Shown in pieces: positions 45,859 to 57,568 of a stretch of 64,000 nucleotides of DNA. Origin of the DNA: Macrostomum lignano. Taxonomy: Eukaryota. Under the pieces are notes generated by a model. The model had not been told where the DNA came from and did not search any database. It saw nothing but the letters and a program-made list of their open reading frames with translations. The position numbers were made by a program, and so were the translations under genes. Each line of letters begins with the position of its first letter. Position 1 is the stretch's first letter. Where the stretch lies: contig NIVC01000140.1 of assembly GCA_002269645.1 (NCBI GenBank), positions 372,001 through 436,000 of the forward strand. Reading direction: 5' to 3'.

Positions 45859-48800
45859 TTGACCTCGGCTGCAGGCTGGAGATGGGCGAAGCCAACTGAC
45901 CAGTTGACCAGCTCTGGCGATGAGCAGTACCGACAGTTCTTCGAGCGAGCCCAGTTCGCCACGGCGCTCATCGCGTACCCGCTGATCTGCAGCTTCGGCA
46001 TCGTGGCCAATGCAGTCAGCGTCATCGTCATCTCCAGCTGCAAGCTGGCCGCGCCCACCAACGTTTTCTTGGTGAGCCTGGCGCTCAGCGACACGGTCAA
46101 GCTGGCCAACGACTTTTTGTACTTCGTCAGCGTTCTGGTGCAGCACGCGGCTCCGAACTCGGATGCCGCCGCAGCGATGTTCGCCAGCCTCTATCCGTAC
46201 AGCCACTTCGTTATGCAGACGTCAAACTGCGTCACCGTTTGGCTGGCGGTCGCCATCTCTGTTGAGCGGTGAGGCTTGGTACTCAGTTAGTGTGCTGCGC
46301 TGTCAGTGCAATGTTGATAACACCTGTCTGGCACCCATGGCAATAAGCCTATTATTAGACAATTAGGCTGCAACAGAGGGCGCAGCTTGTAAAAATATAC
46401 GGCAGCCTTGCAGGTTCTCTTCGAAGCATGGTAACGGAGCAGGGTCAGTCTGGTAACAGAGCAGGGTCAGTCTGGTAACAGAGCAGGGTCAGTCTGGTAA
46501 CAGATCAGGGTCAGTCTGGTAACAGAGCAGGGTCAGTCTGGTAACAGAGCAGGGTCAGTCTGGTAACGGAGCAGGGTCAGTCTGGTAACAGAGCAGGGTC
46601 AGTCTGGTAACAGAGCAGGGTCAGTCTGGTAACAGAGCAGGGTCAGTCTGGTAACAGAGCAGGGTCAGTCTGGTAACAGAGCAGGGTCAGTCTGGTAACA
46701 GAGCAGGGTCAGTCTGGTAACAGAGCAGGGTCAGTCTGGTAACAGAGCAGGGTCAGTCTGGTAACAGAGCAGGGTCAGTCTAGTAACGGAGCAGGGTCAG
46801 TCTGGTAACAGAGCAGGGCCAGTCTGGTAACAGAGCAGGGTCAGTCTGGTAACAGAGCAGGGTCAGTCTGGTAACAGAGCAGGGTCAGTCTGGTAACAGA
46901 GCAGGGTCAGTCTGGTAACAGAGCAGGGTCAGTCTGGTAACAGAGCAGGGTCAGTCTGGTAACAGAGCAGGTCAGTCTGGTAACAGAGCAGGGTCAGTCT
47001 GGTAACAGAGCAGGGTCAGTCTGGTAACGGAGCAGGGTCAGTCTGGTAACAGAGCAGGGTCAGTCTGGTAACAGAGCAGGGTCAGTCTGGTAACAGAGCA
47101 GGGTCAGTCTGGTAACAGAGCAGGGTCAGTCTGGTAACAGAGCAGGGTCAGTCTGGTAACAGAGCAGGGTCAGTCTGGTAACAGAGCAGGGTCAGTCTGG
47201 TAACAGAGCAGGGTCAGTCTGGTAACAGAGCAGGGTCAGTCTGGTAACAGAGCAGGGTCAGTCTGGTAACAGAGCAGGGTCAGTCTGGTAACAGAGCAGG
47301 GTCAGTCTGGTAACAGAGCAGGGTCAGTCTGGTAACAGAGCAGGGTCAGTCTGGTAACAGAGCAGGGTCAGTCTGGTAACAGAGCAGGGTCAGTCTGGTA
47401 ACAGAGCAGGTCAGTCTCAGCCCAGCTGAGCCCCCAAGCACCCGCCCGGGGTTGCAGCTGCAAGCCACTTGGACTGCTGCAGCCAGCCCATTTATCAATC
47501 GGCGGAGCCTTCACAAAAAACGCTCTTGAAGCTCTATTCTCATTTTAGGGGTGCGCTTGCACTTCTCATTCGGCTTGAAATCGCGAGGCCGTCGGAGTGC
47601 TGCTCCGGTGGATGGGGAATTGCGGGACGTGTTTTAATTAGCGGGTTGCAGTGCAGCTGCCACCGCGCCCTGTCTGTGACGCAATACAGCAGAGCACAGC
47701 ATCCCCTGCCTCCTCAGCATCTATCAGCACCTGTTAGGAGAACTCTGATTAATGGGACTAATGGGGGCGGGGGAAGCCAAGGCCTACAGGAACATCGGGC
47801 TGGGATCGGGTGAGCTGAGATCTTACCTGTAAAATTAGTACGGCTCGGCTGTCAAAGAGTTTGCGTTCCATTTCTTAAAATGAAGCTTTCGTCCCGCCAC
47901 GCTCGTATAATGGCAGCAAGCGATGCGGAAAGAGGAAGCTGGAAAGCTGGAAAGCACTAAAACTGCCGTTTCAGTTTCGTTCTGGTGGCGGCTCCGAGCC
48001 GGGCCAAGCAGCTGTGCACTCTACGGGCTTCAAAGCTGATTGTGCTCGCCACCTGCTCGCTGCTGACGCTGCTCTGCCTGCCGCACCTGATGCGCTATGA
48101 GTCGGTCGGCTGTGCCGAGCCGCAGACCAACGGCACGGTGCAGCACCGGGTGGTGGAGACGGGCAGCTGGCAGTCCAGCCCATACCGGAGGCTGTACACC
48201 TGGCTGATCTACGGTGCGCGGTTCCTGGTGCCGCTGACAATGCTGATTGGCCTGAATGCCTTCATCGTGCGCGCCCTGCGGCGGACGCGCAACAGACGCC
48301 GGCTGATGGGGCGGCACCGGATCACCGTGATGCTGCTCACCGTCGTGCTGGTGTTCATCATCAGCATCATGCCGGACGCCGTGCTCAGCACGGTGCTGAA
48401 CTACGGCTTCGTGGAGGAGAGCTATTTGGTGCGGGGCGTGCGGGAGATCACGGACGTGTTCGTGTGCTTCCACTCGGCCTGCAACTTTGTGCTCTACTTC
48501 ACGTTCAACAGCATCTTCAAGAATCAGTTCCTGCAGCTGTTCTGCTGGTAAGTGCCTGGCAGAACATGGCATGGTTGTGGCTTTTCAGCTTTGAAAGTTG
48601 CATAGGCGTCAAATCCAGTCACTCGATGCCGGAGCCTAGAATCGGGTCTTTTTCACAAAAGCAGGCCTGCAATGCGCTGCAGGAACACTCGCAGACAGCT
48701 GGCACTCGTAAGCTGATGGAGCGTGGGAAACCTCCGAGCCGAAGATTGTGGGTGAATTATGCTAATTTGCTGCCTTGGTTTCTCAATACCTTGAGGTGTT

Positions 48801-49210
48801 GTTTGAAAATGATGGACCTCTCAGTTGACTTTTTCTCTTTTGTTCACACTTAAGCTTGCGACAGACATCGCTGCAAGGTTCTGAGGGGAAGGTAAATCAG
48901 AAATACGAGTAAAGTCATGTTTACCAAAACCAGCTCTTCTCTCTTGCATTTACATTCTTGCAGGCGGTGCAGCCAGAAGCCCCGGTTGCGGATTCACGCC
49001 GGGTCCGCCGAGGGCTCCGGCTCCGTGCCGAGGCTCTACGTGAGCCTGCAGGCGCCCCGGCGCAAGCCCCAGGTGCACAGGGAGGCGGCCAGCGGTGGGC
49101 TGGAGATTCCGTTGAGGTCGGTTCTGGAGACCCCGGCATCGATGCTGGAAATCGTGCGAATGAAGACGCAGCGACGGGCAGGAGGTGCGTCAGGGGACAC
49201 GGCGGTCTGA
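45859..49210 (+). CDS. Rhodopsin-class peptide GPCR, FMRFamide-receptor-like
   Basis: Exons ~45859-46268, 47975-48547 and 48964-49210 are phase-consistent. GIVAN (TM1), TNVFLVSLALSD (TM2), ERF (DRY position), P in TM5 and TM6, NFVLY (TM7). True start codon not located. Confidence 0.9.
46429..47417. repeat. Intronic minisatellite, 22-bp unit, ~45 copies
   Basis: AGAGCAGGGTCAGTCTGGTAAC in tandem inside GPCR intron 1. Confidence 0.97.
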
Positions 49211-49296
49211 GCTGGCGGTTGAAGTTGACGCGCTGTTGACCGGGCATCTTTACTTGGGTAGCATTCAAGAACTCCAGCTGATGTGGCCTGGCAGTG

Positions 49297-50301
49297 TGTT
49301 AGGGCTGCCTCAACTGCAGTGTTAGGGCTGCCTCAACTGCAATGTTAGGGCTGCCTCAACTGCAGTGTTAGGGCTGCCTCAACTGCAGTGTTAGGGCTGC
49401 CTCAACTGCAATGTTAGGGCTGCCTCAACTGCAGTGTTAGGGCTGCCTCAACTGCAGTGTTAGGGCTGCCTCAACTGCAGTGTTAGGGCTGCCTCAACTG
49501 CAGTGTTAGGGCTGCCTCAACTGCAGTGTTAGGGCTGCCTCAACTGCAGTGTTAGGGCTGCCTCAACTGCAGTGTTAGGGCTGCCTCAACTGCAGTGTTA
49601 GGGCTGCCTCAACTGCAGTGTTAGGGCTGCCTCAACTGCAGTGTTAGGGCTGCCTCAACTGCAGTGTTAGGGCTGCCTCAACTGCAATGTTAGGGCTGCC
49701 TCAACTGCAGTGTTAGGGCTGCCTCAACTGCAATGTTAGGGCTGCCTCAACTGCAATGTTAGGGCTGCCTCAACTGCAGTGTTAGGGCTGCCTCAACTGC
49801 AATGTTAGGGCTGCCTCAACTGCAATGTTAGGGCTGCCTCAACTGCAATGTTAGGGCTGCCTCAACTGCAATGTTAGGGCTGCCTCAACTGCAGTGTTAG
49901 GGCTGCCTCAACTGCAGTGTTAGGACTGCCTCAACTGCAATGTTAGGGCTGCCTCAACTGCAGTGTTAGGGCTGCCTCAACTGCAATGTTAGGGCTGCCT
50001 CAACTGCAATGTTAGGGCTGCCTCAACTGCAATGTTAGGGCTGCCTCAACTGCAATGTTAGGGCTGCCTCAACTGCAATGTTAGGGCTGCCTCAACTGCA
50101 ATGTTAGGGCTGCCTCAACTGCAATGTTAGGGCTGCCTCAACTGCAATGTTAGGGCTGCCTCAACTGCAGTGTTAGGGCTGCCTCAACTGCAGTGTTAGG
50201 GCTGCCTCAACTGCAGTGTTAGGGCTGCCTCAACTGCAATGTTAGGGCTGCCTCAACTGCAATGTTAGGGCTGCCTCAACTGCAGTGTTAGGGCTGCCTC
50301 A
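49297..50301. repeat. Minisatellite, 23-bp unit, ~43 copies
   Basis: GTGTTAGGGCTGCCTCAACTGCA in tandem. Confidence 0.97.
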
Positions 50302-51124
50302 CGTCTGCGGCCAGCTTTGATTACAGAGACCGTTTTTCTTGTAAATTCCGTTCTGAACACGGATGAGTTTTTGTCTTGAAACTGTTTCAATGCGACCTAT
50401 TTATGACCCATCCCACATAGCCTCACATTTCGTTGTCATTTTGACAACCTGCTCGCGTTCCGAACCAGAGGCGTCAGCCCTTGACAGACAGGCGGACAGC
50501 TATGGCTATAAATAGAACCGAAGCCGGAAGCCAAGACCTGTCAGGACACAGATTTTGAGTTAACTCACGCTTTTTGATCGCTGTTTATCGCTTTTTCTTA
50601 GAAATTGATGCAAGAATGCAGAGCAGTCAGATTCTTCAAGTCAGGAATTAAAATAATCCAAAGCGAGTTTTAACAATGCTACCCTGGCAAGCAAGCGGAG
50701 CACTGACGAAATTCCTGCAGTTGTTCTTGTTGACACTTTTGGCAGATTCTTTCTCAGCCCAAGTTTGACTATGGTAAAAATACTTATCGCTATGAACGAG
50801 GGGTGTTTCAAAAGTAACGAGAATTTCGTCTTGGACTTTTTTATTCTTTAAGCTGAAGAATGCTGGTTAAAGTTGCAAACTGTTGACTAACCATCGAGAA
50901 CCTCACTCAAAAGTGCTTTCAAGTGAGACTGAGACTATGCAAGGACCGAAAAATCCTGCAGACGAAGGCGCTTTCCGCCAGTCTCCGCTTTCCTGTGTGC
51001 CCGGAGCTGCGCCTGCCGACAGCCGCTTTCCGAATTCGCGAAGAGCTCACGGCGAGCTGGAAAATTGAATTTGACAATCTGGCCACAGGGTGGATGGGAA
51101 TTCCGCTGGAGATCAAACCGGAGA

Positions 51125-51603
51125 CTGGTTGAATGAGTGTCAGTGACTGGCTGAATGAGTGTCAGTGACTCTGGCTGAATGAGTGTCAGTGACTCTGGCT
51201 GAATGAGTGTCAGTGACTCTGGCTGAATGAGTGTCAGTGACTCTGGCTGAATGAATGTCAGTGACTCTGGCTGAATGAGTGTCAGTGACTCTGGCTGAAT
51301 GAGTGTCAGTGACTCTGGCTGAATGAGTGTCAGTGACTCTGGCTGAATGAGTGTCAGTGACTCTGGCTGAATGAGTGTCAGTGACTCTGGCTGGCTGAAT
51401 GAGTGTCAGTGACTCTGGCTGAATGAGTGTCAGTGACTCTGGCTGAATGAGTGTCAGTGACTCTGGCTGAATGAGTGTCAGTGACTCTGGCTGGCTGAAT
51501 GAGTGTCAGTGACTCTGGCTGAATGAGTGTCAGTGACTGGCTGAATGAGTGTCAGTGACTGGCTGAAGAGTGTCAGTGACTGGCTGAATGAGTGTCAGTG
51601 ACT
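51125..51603. repeat. Minisatellite, 24-bp unit (22/28-bp variants), ~20 copies
   Basis: CTGGCTGAATGAGTGTCAGTGACT in tandem. Confidence 0.95.
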
Positions 51604-51861
51604 CGGTTCGGTAATTTTTTCATCCGCAATCAGAAGCTGATTAGGTAAATCTGGATTAGAATACCGGACTTCAGTAAATGGGAGATGAGCAACGGCTTCA
51701 GTGAAATGTATTATCAACAATTTATCAATAGGGATGTGTTTCAATAGATACATAAGCCTCAAGATAAAATTCCTTTCACGCCTCTGCCTCTTCTCTGCCC
51801 GGCCTCTGTTGCTTTGCCTCTGCGTCTCCACGGCTCCCTCTCTGCAATTGTTGATGAACTT

Positions 51862-54755
51862 TCATTGCTCTGCCTCGTCAGCATCTTTGATTTTGTTATT
51901 GCCGAGGGCAGGTGGCGTCGCCTTGATGAGCTGCTTGAGCTGGGCGTGGTGCTCCCGGTAGAATCGAACTCCCGGCACCAGGCGGCTGATGTTGATCCGT
52001 TGAATGTGTTCTCTCTCCTTCAGAGAGTACCAGCCCAGGTGCATGAACCAGTGCACAGCCACCGTCCGCTCCGTGAAGTTGTCCTTCAGGCCGCCGAACT
52101 GCAGGTCCCGACAGCCGCGGTCCACCCAGAGCTCCCCGTCGTTTGCTGGTTCTGAAGCATTTTGTGCGATGACGTGCTGTGGCCATTGCTGCTCTCGCGA
52201 ATCTCTCATTAAATTCCCCGGACTAATTTCCCCTTCTAATGGCCGAATCTGTCATTCAATTCCCCGGACTAATTTCCCCTTCTCACGGCGAATCTCTCAT
52301 TAAATTCCCCGGACTAATTTCCCCTTCTCACGGCGAATCTCTCATTAAATTCCCCGGACTAATTTTCCCTTCTAATGGCCGAATCTGTCATTCAATTCCC
52401 CGGACTAATTTCCCCTTCTCACGGCCGAATCTCTCATTATATTCCCCACACTAATTTCCCTTCTCACGGCCGAATCTCTCATAAAATTCCCCACACTAAT
52501 TTCTCATTCTAATGGCCGAATCTCTCATTGAATTCCCCGGACTAATTTCCCCTTCTCACGGCGAATCTCTCATTGAATTCCCCGGACTAATTTCCCCTTC
52601 TAATGGCCGAATCTCTCATTGAATTCCCCGGACTAATTTCCCCTTCTAATGGCCGAATCTCTCATTATATTCCCCACACTAATTTCCTTTCTCACGGCTG
52701 AATCTCTCATTAAATTCCCCACACTAATTTCTCATTCTAATGGCCGAATCTCTCATTATATTCCCCACACTAATTTCCTTTCTCACGGCCGAATCTCTCA
52801 TAAAATTCCCCACACTAATTTCTCATTCTAATGGCCGAATCTCTCATTGAATTCCCCGGACTAATTTCCCCTTCTAATGGCCGAATCTCTCATTGAATTC
52901 CCCGGACTAATTTCCCCTTCTCACGGCGAATCTCTCATTGAATTCCCCGGACTAATTTCCCCTTCTCACGGCGAATCTCTCATTGAATTCCCCGGACTAA
53001 TTTCCACTTCTCATGGCGAATCTCTCATTAGATTCCCCATAATAATTTCCATTTCTCACGGCCGAATCTCTTCCTGCAGGCGTCCATGAGGATGTCGGCA
53101 TTGTCCACATGCGGCGAGAAAATGTCCGGGTCCATCAGCCGGACGCTGTCAGCCCAATCCCGCTGGCTCCCCTGCGCCGTCCACTCGTCCAGAGCCTTCG
53201 TCAGCATCAGCGGGCCGGTGCTGAGCATCACGGCTGGAAGGCCACGCATCAGGTGGAAATTGCAGCTGCTTGCCAGCCACGGAAGCTTGGGGCTCCCCTG
53301 TGGCTGAGTTTCCGGTCTCACCCTGACTCGGGACAGGAGTTCCCCTGTGGCTGAGTTTCCGGTCTCACCCTGCTTAGACTCGGGACAGGAGTTCCCCTGT
53401 GGCTGAGTTTCCGGTCTCACCCTGCTTAGACTCGGGACAGGAGTTCCCCTGTGGCTGAGTTCTGGACTCACCCTGCTTAGACTCGGGACAGGAATTCCCA
53501 TGTGACTGAGTTTCCGGTCTCACCCTGCTTAGACTCGGGACAGGAGTTCCCCTGTGACTGAGTTCTGGACTCACCCTGCTTAGACTCGGGACAGGAGTTC
53601 CCCTGTGACTGAGTTCTGGTCTCAACCTGCTTAGACTCGGGACAGGAGTTCCCCTGTGGCTGAGTTCTGGACTCACCCTGCTTAGACTCGGGACAGGAGT
53701 TCCCCTGTGACTGAGTTCTGGACTCACCCTGACTCGGGACAGGAGTTCCCCTGTGACTGAGTTCTGGACTCACCCTGGTTGCTTGGAGACTTGGCCATGC
53801 GGCTGACGAGGTCCAGCATAAAGGGGTGGCCGGGCCGGCAGCCCATGACGGAGTTCATAGCGCTTCTCTCCTTGTTCCAGAAGATGTGGCTCTGAGCCGG
53901 GTTCTCCTGGTCCAGGAAGCAGGCCTCCTCGTCCAGGTCCGGGGAGAAAGGCTTCATGCACTCGACGTCCAGGTCTGCGTACAAACCTGAAGTTGGACAT
54001 GGTTGAGTGACCAGTGTGCAGATAAATTACTGTGAGTCACCTTTTTATTGCTTGACGACTGAGTTATTAAGCGTTAGGGCACAAAGCTACATCAGGCCCA
54101 TCTCAATTGCATTGTCTAGCAAGGTTGAAGTGCGATATTGTAGCGATTTCCGCTAGTTTTGGCACATGCGGAATAGGTTAGTGAATCAGCTACCTCCAAA
54201 CAGGTACAGGATGATGTAGCGGATCGAGTCGGACTTCTTCAGCCGATTGGTGTACTTGGCGTACTGGGTGCGGTAGAAGTCGGGAAAGAACTCCTTGATG
54301 AGCAGCTCAGCGTCCTTGTCCCGCCACAGAATGTAGGTCCAGTTCGGGTTGAGCCGCCGGCAGGACTCGATGGCGAAGGAGTACTCCGCGAAGACCAGCT
54401 CAGACTCGCCCACCTGATGCAGAATCCGAGGGATCAGCCGAGGTCGCGGCCGGTCTCGGGATACGCTGCACCGGTGTAGCAGAGCCACCTGGTTGGGTTG
54501 GAATTGAGGGACAAGCCCTGAAAGAATTCTGTAGTGATGCTCAAAGCCACCTGGTTGGGTTGGAATTGAGGGACAAGCCCTGAAAGAATTCTGTAGTGAT
54601 GCTCAACCCGAGTTCCAGGTGCTCAGCTCGGATTTGAGGACTTTTTGATTCGAGTATTTGATTCAGTAGCAATTCAAATTTCAGACCAGCTCACTCACCG
54701 CCATGAGAAGGCAGAGAAGCAGACTCAAGACGCGCCAATTCTTCCTTCTGCTCAT
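51862..54755 (-). CDS. GT32-family (SUR1/Och1-like, DXD) glycosyltransferase, type II membrane, ~342 aa
   Basis: Exons 54755-54699, 54488-54194, 53986-53774, 53233-53060 and 52151-51862 are phase-consistent. IPRILHQ, NPNWTYILW, KSDSIRYIILYLFGGLYADLD, HPF and VMLSTGP motifs. The exon 1/2 junction has alternatives. Confidence 0.85.
52197..53070. repeat. Intronic minisatellite, 45-46-bp unit, ~19 copies, overlapping the exon 4 donor
   Basis: Unit CGGCGAATCTCTCATTAAATTCCCCGGACTAATTTCCCCTTCTCA. The first minus-strand unit spans GAGATTCGGCC|GTGAGAA. Confidence 0.93.
53295..53776. repeat. Intronic minisatellite, 52-bp unit (47-bp variants), ~9 copies, each carrying the exon 3 donor motif
   Basis: Minus-strand units begin AGG|GTGAG. 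Confidence 0.93.
54483..54606. repeat. 62-bp tandem duplication covering the exon 2 acceptor region
   Basis: AGCCACCTGGTTGGG... at 54483 and 54545. Confidence 0.9.
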
Positions 54756-55639
54756 TGCTGCTTCAAGTCAAGCAGTTTGAGCTGGACAGCAAGGAACGCG
54801 CTTATATAGGGACGGGCTGCTCTGCAGGTAGGCAAACTCAGTGTCAAATTAAAGGACATTTAAAACTGAGCAGAGCGAGCTGAGTCAACACTGAGCGCTC
54901 CGCGGCCCGCAGAGGGCGCAGCAGGTTTGCTCAGCCGGTGCAGCGGTTGGTCAGCCACAACTGACGCCAGTCCTAATGGAGTCGCAAGCCAACCCGGAGG
55001 CTCTTAATCTGCTCAGTGAATCCTGTGCTGCAGCTGGTCCTGCAGAGCCAGAAAGCAGTCTCGCGTTCATTACAAATTTGACTTTCTTTAAACCAGCCCA
55101 AATTATTCACTTATTCGAGGTGTTCATCATTTCACTGCACCAGTGCTATTTGCATTTGAAGGGTGCGAGTGATGGTGAGTCTGCAAAATTTCATTTTTCA
55201 CACATTCACGCATCAGGCAATGCATTGCTTTCTAAAAGTACACGTAGAACTTTGCGATTGCGATTCACAGTGATCCACCCGCAACTCAAGAGCTATTAAT
55301 ACCTGCTCACTGCATGCGCACTTCCCCCGTTAAGCAGCACTCAGACAGTGGGCGTGCTATAAGTATCGCAAAGTCTCTGGAAAACAGTTATGGTATTATG
55401 GTATTATGGACAAAGTAGCAGCAGCATTTAATTTTGGTCCAACAATTGCATCAATTTGGTCGAAATTAAAAATCTTAATCTCTCAACCAAAGCGCGGCTG
55501 TCTGTGGCCAAAGCTCTCTCAACCTGTTCGAGTCGATCGGCACAAGGCCCGACAAAACAAAGTACTGCACACGACTGCAAGTAAAATGATACAAGATAAT
55601 GCATGGCTTTTAGGGCTGTATTATCCTAAATAACGGAGT

Positions 55640-56630
55640 AATTTAGGATATTTATAGTAACGGAGGTTTTGTCTATGGTAGCAAGGCTGGCACAGCGGCA
55701 GTTATTTGGTCCAGACGCTCGTGAGCCATTCGGCAAATTGTTGTCGCAACCATGGAGGAAAGAATAGAATGGAGTGCTAATCTGAGCAAGTTATTTTTAT
55801 CTCGCTCGATTTTCGCTTTTAACATCCCTTTCCCCCCGTTCTTTCCTATTGGCTCGTGACTGCCATAGACAAAGTATTTTTCGTCTCGTTTTCGCTTTCG
55901 TTCCCCTCTAAAAGGTCTGTCCCAGCATAGTTCGAGCTCGCATCAAAATATGCTTTCAGCCAATAGGAAAGAACGGGGGGGAAAGGGATGTTAAAAGCGA
56001 AAATCGAGCGAGATAAAAATAAGCACTCCATTCTATTCTTTCCTCCATGGTCGCAACCGTCTGCAGGTTGTTGCGTACCGCTGGAATTTCAGTGTCTCTA
56101 GCAAAAATTTTCAGTCGCTTTTCCAGAGCTCTGTCGATAGTCAAAATCTGATAATTAACCGGAACTTTTCCTTCAACTTCTGCTGCATTTTCTGCAATAT
56201 TAACAAAGGGTTCGTCTCAACTGAATCGAGTAGCAGTTGGACCTGAGGCTCTCGAGCAACTTGCCTTGGCGATTGCCTCCCTTCCTCATGCATCTCTGCC
56301 GGCGGAGTTTCAACGCGCTGATGGAGGGCAGTAAACCATCTTTTCTTTTACATTCAGCAACCTTGCAATGTCTTTTGGATGTTCACCTCTGTCGAGTGTT
56401 TCGATCACAAGCCAATGGCATTCGTTTGACAGCCCAGCACATGGTCCACAATTCTGGGGCTGAGCTTGCTCCTTAGCAGCAGTTGCAAATGAAGCTATAT
56501 GGACCAATTGATGCTTGTTGGACCAAATAAAATGCAAGCCTTGCTACCATAGACAAAAGCTCTGTTGCATAGGCAATCTTGAATATCTTGGATTAAATTT
56601 AATGCGAGTAAGTCCGAATGGTCTGCAAAA
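55640..56630 (-). mobile_element. Tc1/IS630-like non-autonomous relic, copy A (long TIRs, transposase HTH remnant)
   Basis: Reverse complement aligns with 56660-57372 at roughly 85% by eye. TIR core TTTTGTCTATGGTAGCAAGGCT at both ends. Confidence 0.7.
55751..56049. mobile_element. P-element-type MITE/foldback (299 bp) nested in copy A
   Basis: TIRs start CATGGAGGAAAGAATAGAATGGAGTGCT and extend ~92-104 bp. Perfect 8-bp TSD GTCGCAAC at 55743-55750 and 56050-56057. Confidence 0.85.
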
Positions 56631-56656
56631 AGCAAAAAGCTTATAATAATACTATA

Positions 56657-57372
56657 GCTTTTTGCAGCCCATTTGGGCTTACGCGCATTGAATTTAATCC
56701 AAGATATGTTTGTCAAAGTAATGCAGCTTTTGTCTATGGTAGCAAGGCTGGCACAGCGGCATTTAATTTGGTCCAACAAGCATCAATTTGGTCCATTTAG
56801 TTCATTTGCAACTCAGTCCCAGAATTGTGGACCATATGCTAGGCTGTTGAACGAATGTCATTGGCTTGTGATCGAAGCACTCGACGGAGGTAAACACCCA
56901 AAGGACATTGCAAGGTTGCTGAATGTAAAAGAAAAGGTGGTTTACAGCATCCAGCAGCGCCTTGAAACTCTGCCGGCAGAGATTGCCTGCGAAAGGGTGG
57001 CAATCGCCAAGGAAATTTGCTCGAGAGCCTCAGGTCCAACTGCTACTCGATGCAGTGGAGACGAACCCTTTGTTGACGTTTCAGAAAATGCAGCAGAAGT
57101 TGAGGGAACAGCTCCAGTTGGTTATCAGATTTCGACTATCAGCAGAGCTCTGGAAAAGTAACTGAATATTGCTGGTAGAGACGCTGACATTCCAGCGGTG
57201 CGCAACAACCTGAAGACGGTTGAGAGAAGGCAAGAGTTTGTCCAATGGCTCACGGGTGTTTGGACCAAATGGATGCTTTTTGGACCAAATTAAATGCCGC
57301 TACGCCAGCCTTGCTACCATAGACAAAAGCTCCGTTACATTGGCAAACGTATCTTGGATTAAATTAAATGCG
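56657..57372 (+). mobile_element. Tc1/IS630-like non-autonomous relic, copy B
   Basis: LVIEALDGGKHPKDIARLLNVKEKVVYSI HTH. After a frameshift, LLDAVETNPLLTFQKMQQKL, then ISTISRAL and RNN..TVERRQEF. ~100-bp TIRs at both ends. No DDE domain. Confidence 0.7.
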
Positions 57373-57374
57373 CT

Positions 57375-57568
57375 GTACTGCAAAGTTGGTGAAGCACCGT
57401 ACCTTTTCTCGCGTGAGCCACGCTTCCAGTGGCTCTGCTCTTCTGTAGCAGACGTAAAACTGTTGAAGGCGACCTCCCAAAGTGGTTCGCAACTGTTCGA
57501 AGAGTACAACCTGCTTCCAACATTCCGACTGCTCGCCATCTTTCCGCGTCTGTCATCTGTTGAACCAT
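57375..57568 (-). pseudogene. Tc1-type transposase N-terminal HTH fragment
   Basis: MTDAERWRAVGMLEAGCTLRTVANHFGRSPSTVLRLLQKSRATGSV; truncated where copy B ends. Confidence 0.75.

Noticed and set aside
49297-50301. Interstitial telomere
   Set aside because: TTAGGG occurs singly within a 23-bp unit, not as tandem hexamers.
53234-53297. GSPKLPWLASSCNFHLMRGLP as extra GT32 coding sequence
   Set aside because: The CAG|GGG acceptor is phase 0 while the exon 3 donor is phase 1; the downstream CCTTCCAG| acceptor fits phase and motif spacing.
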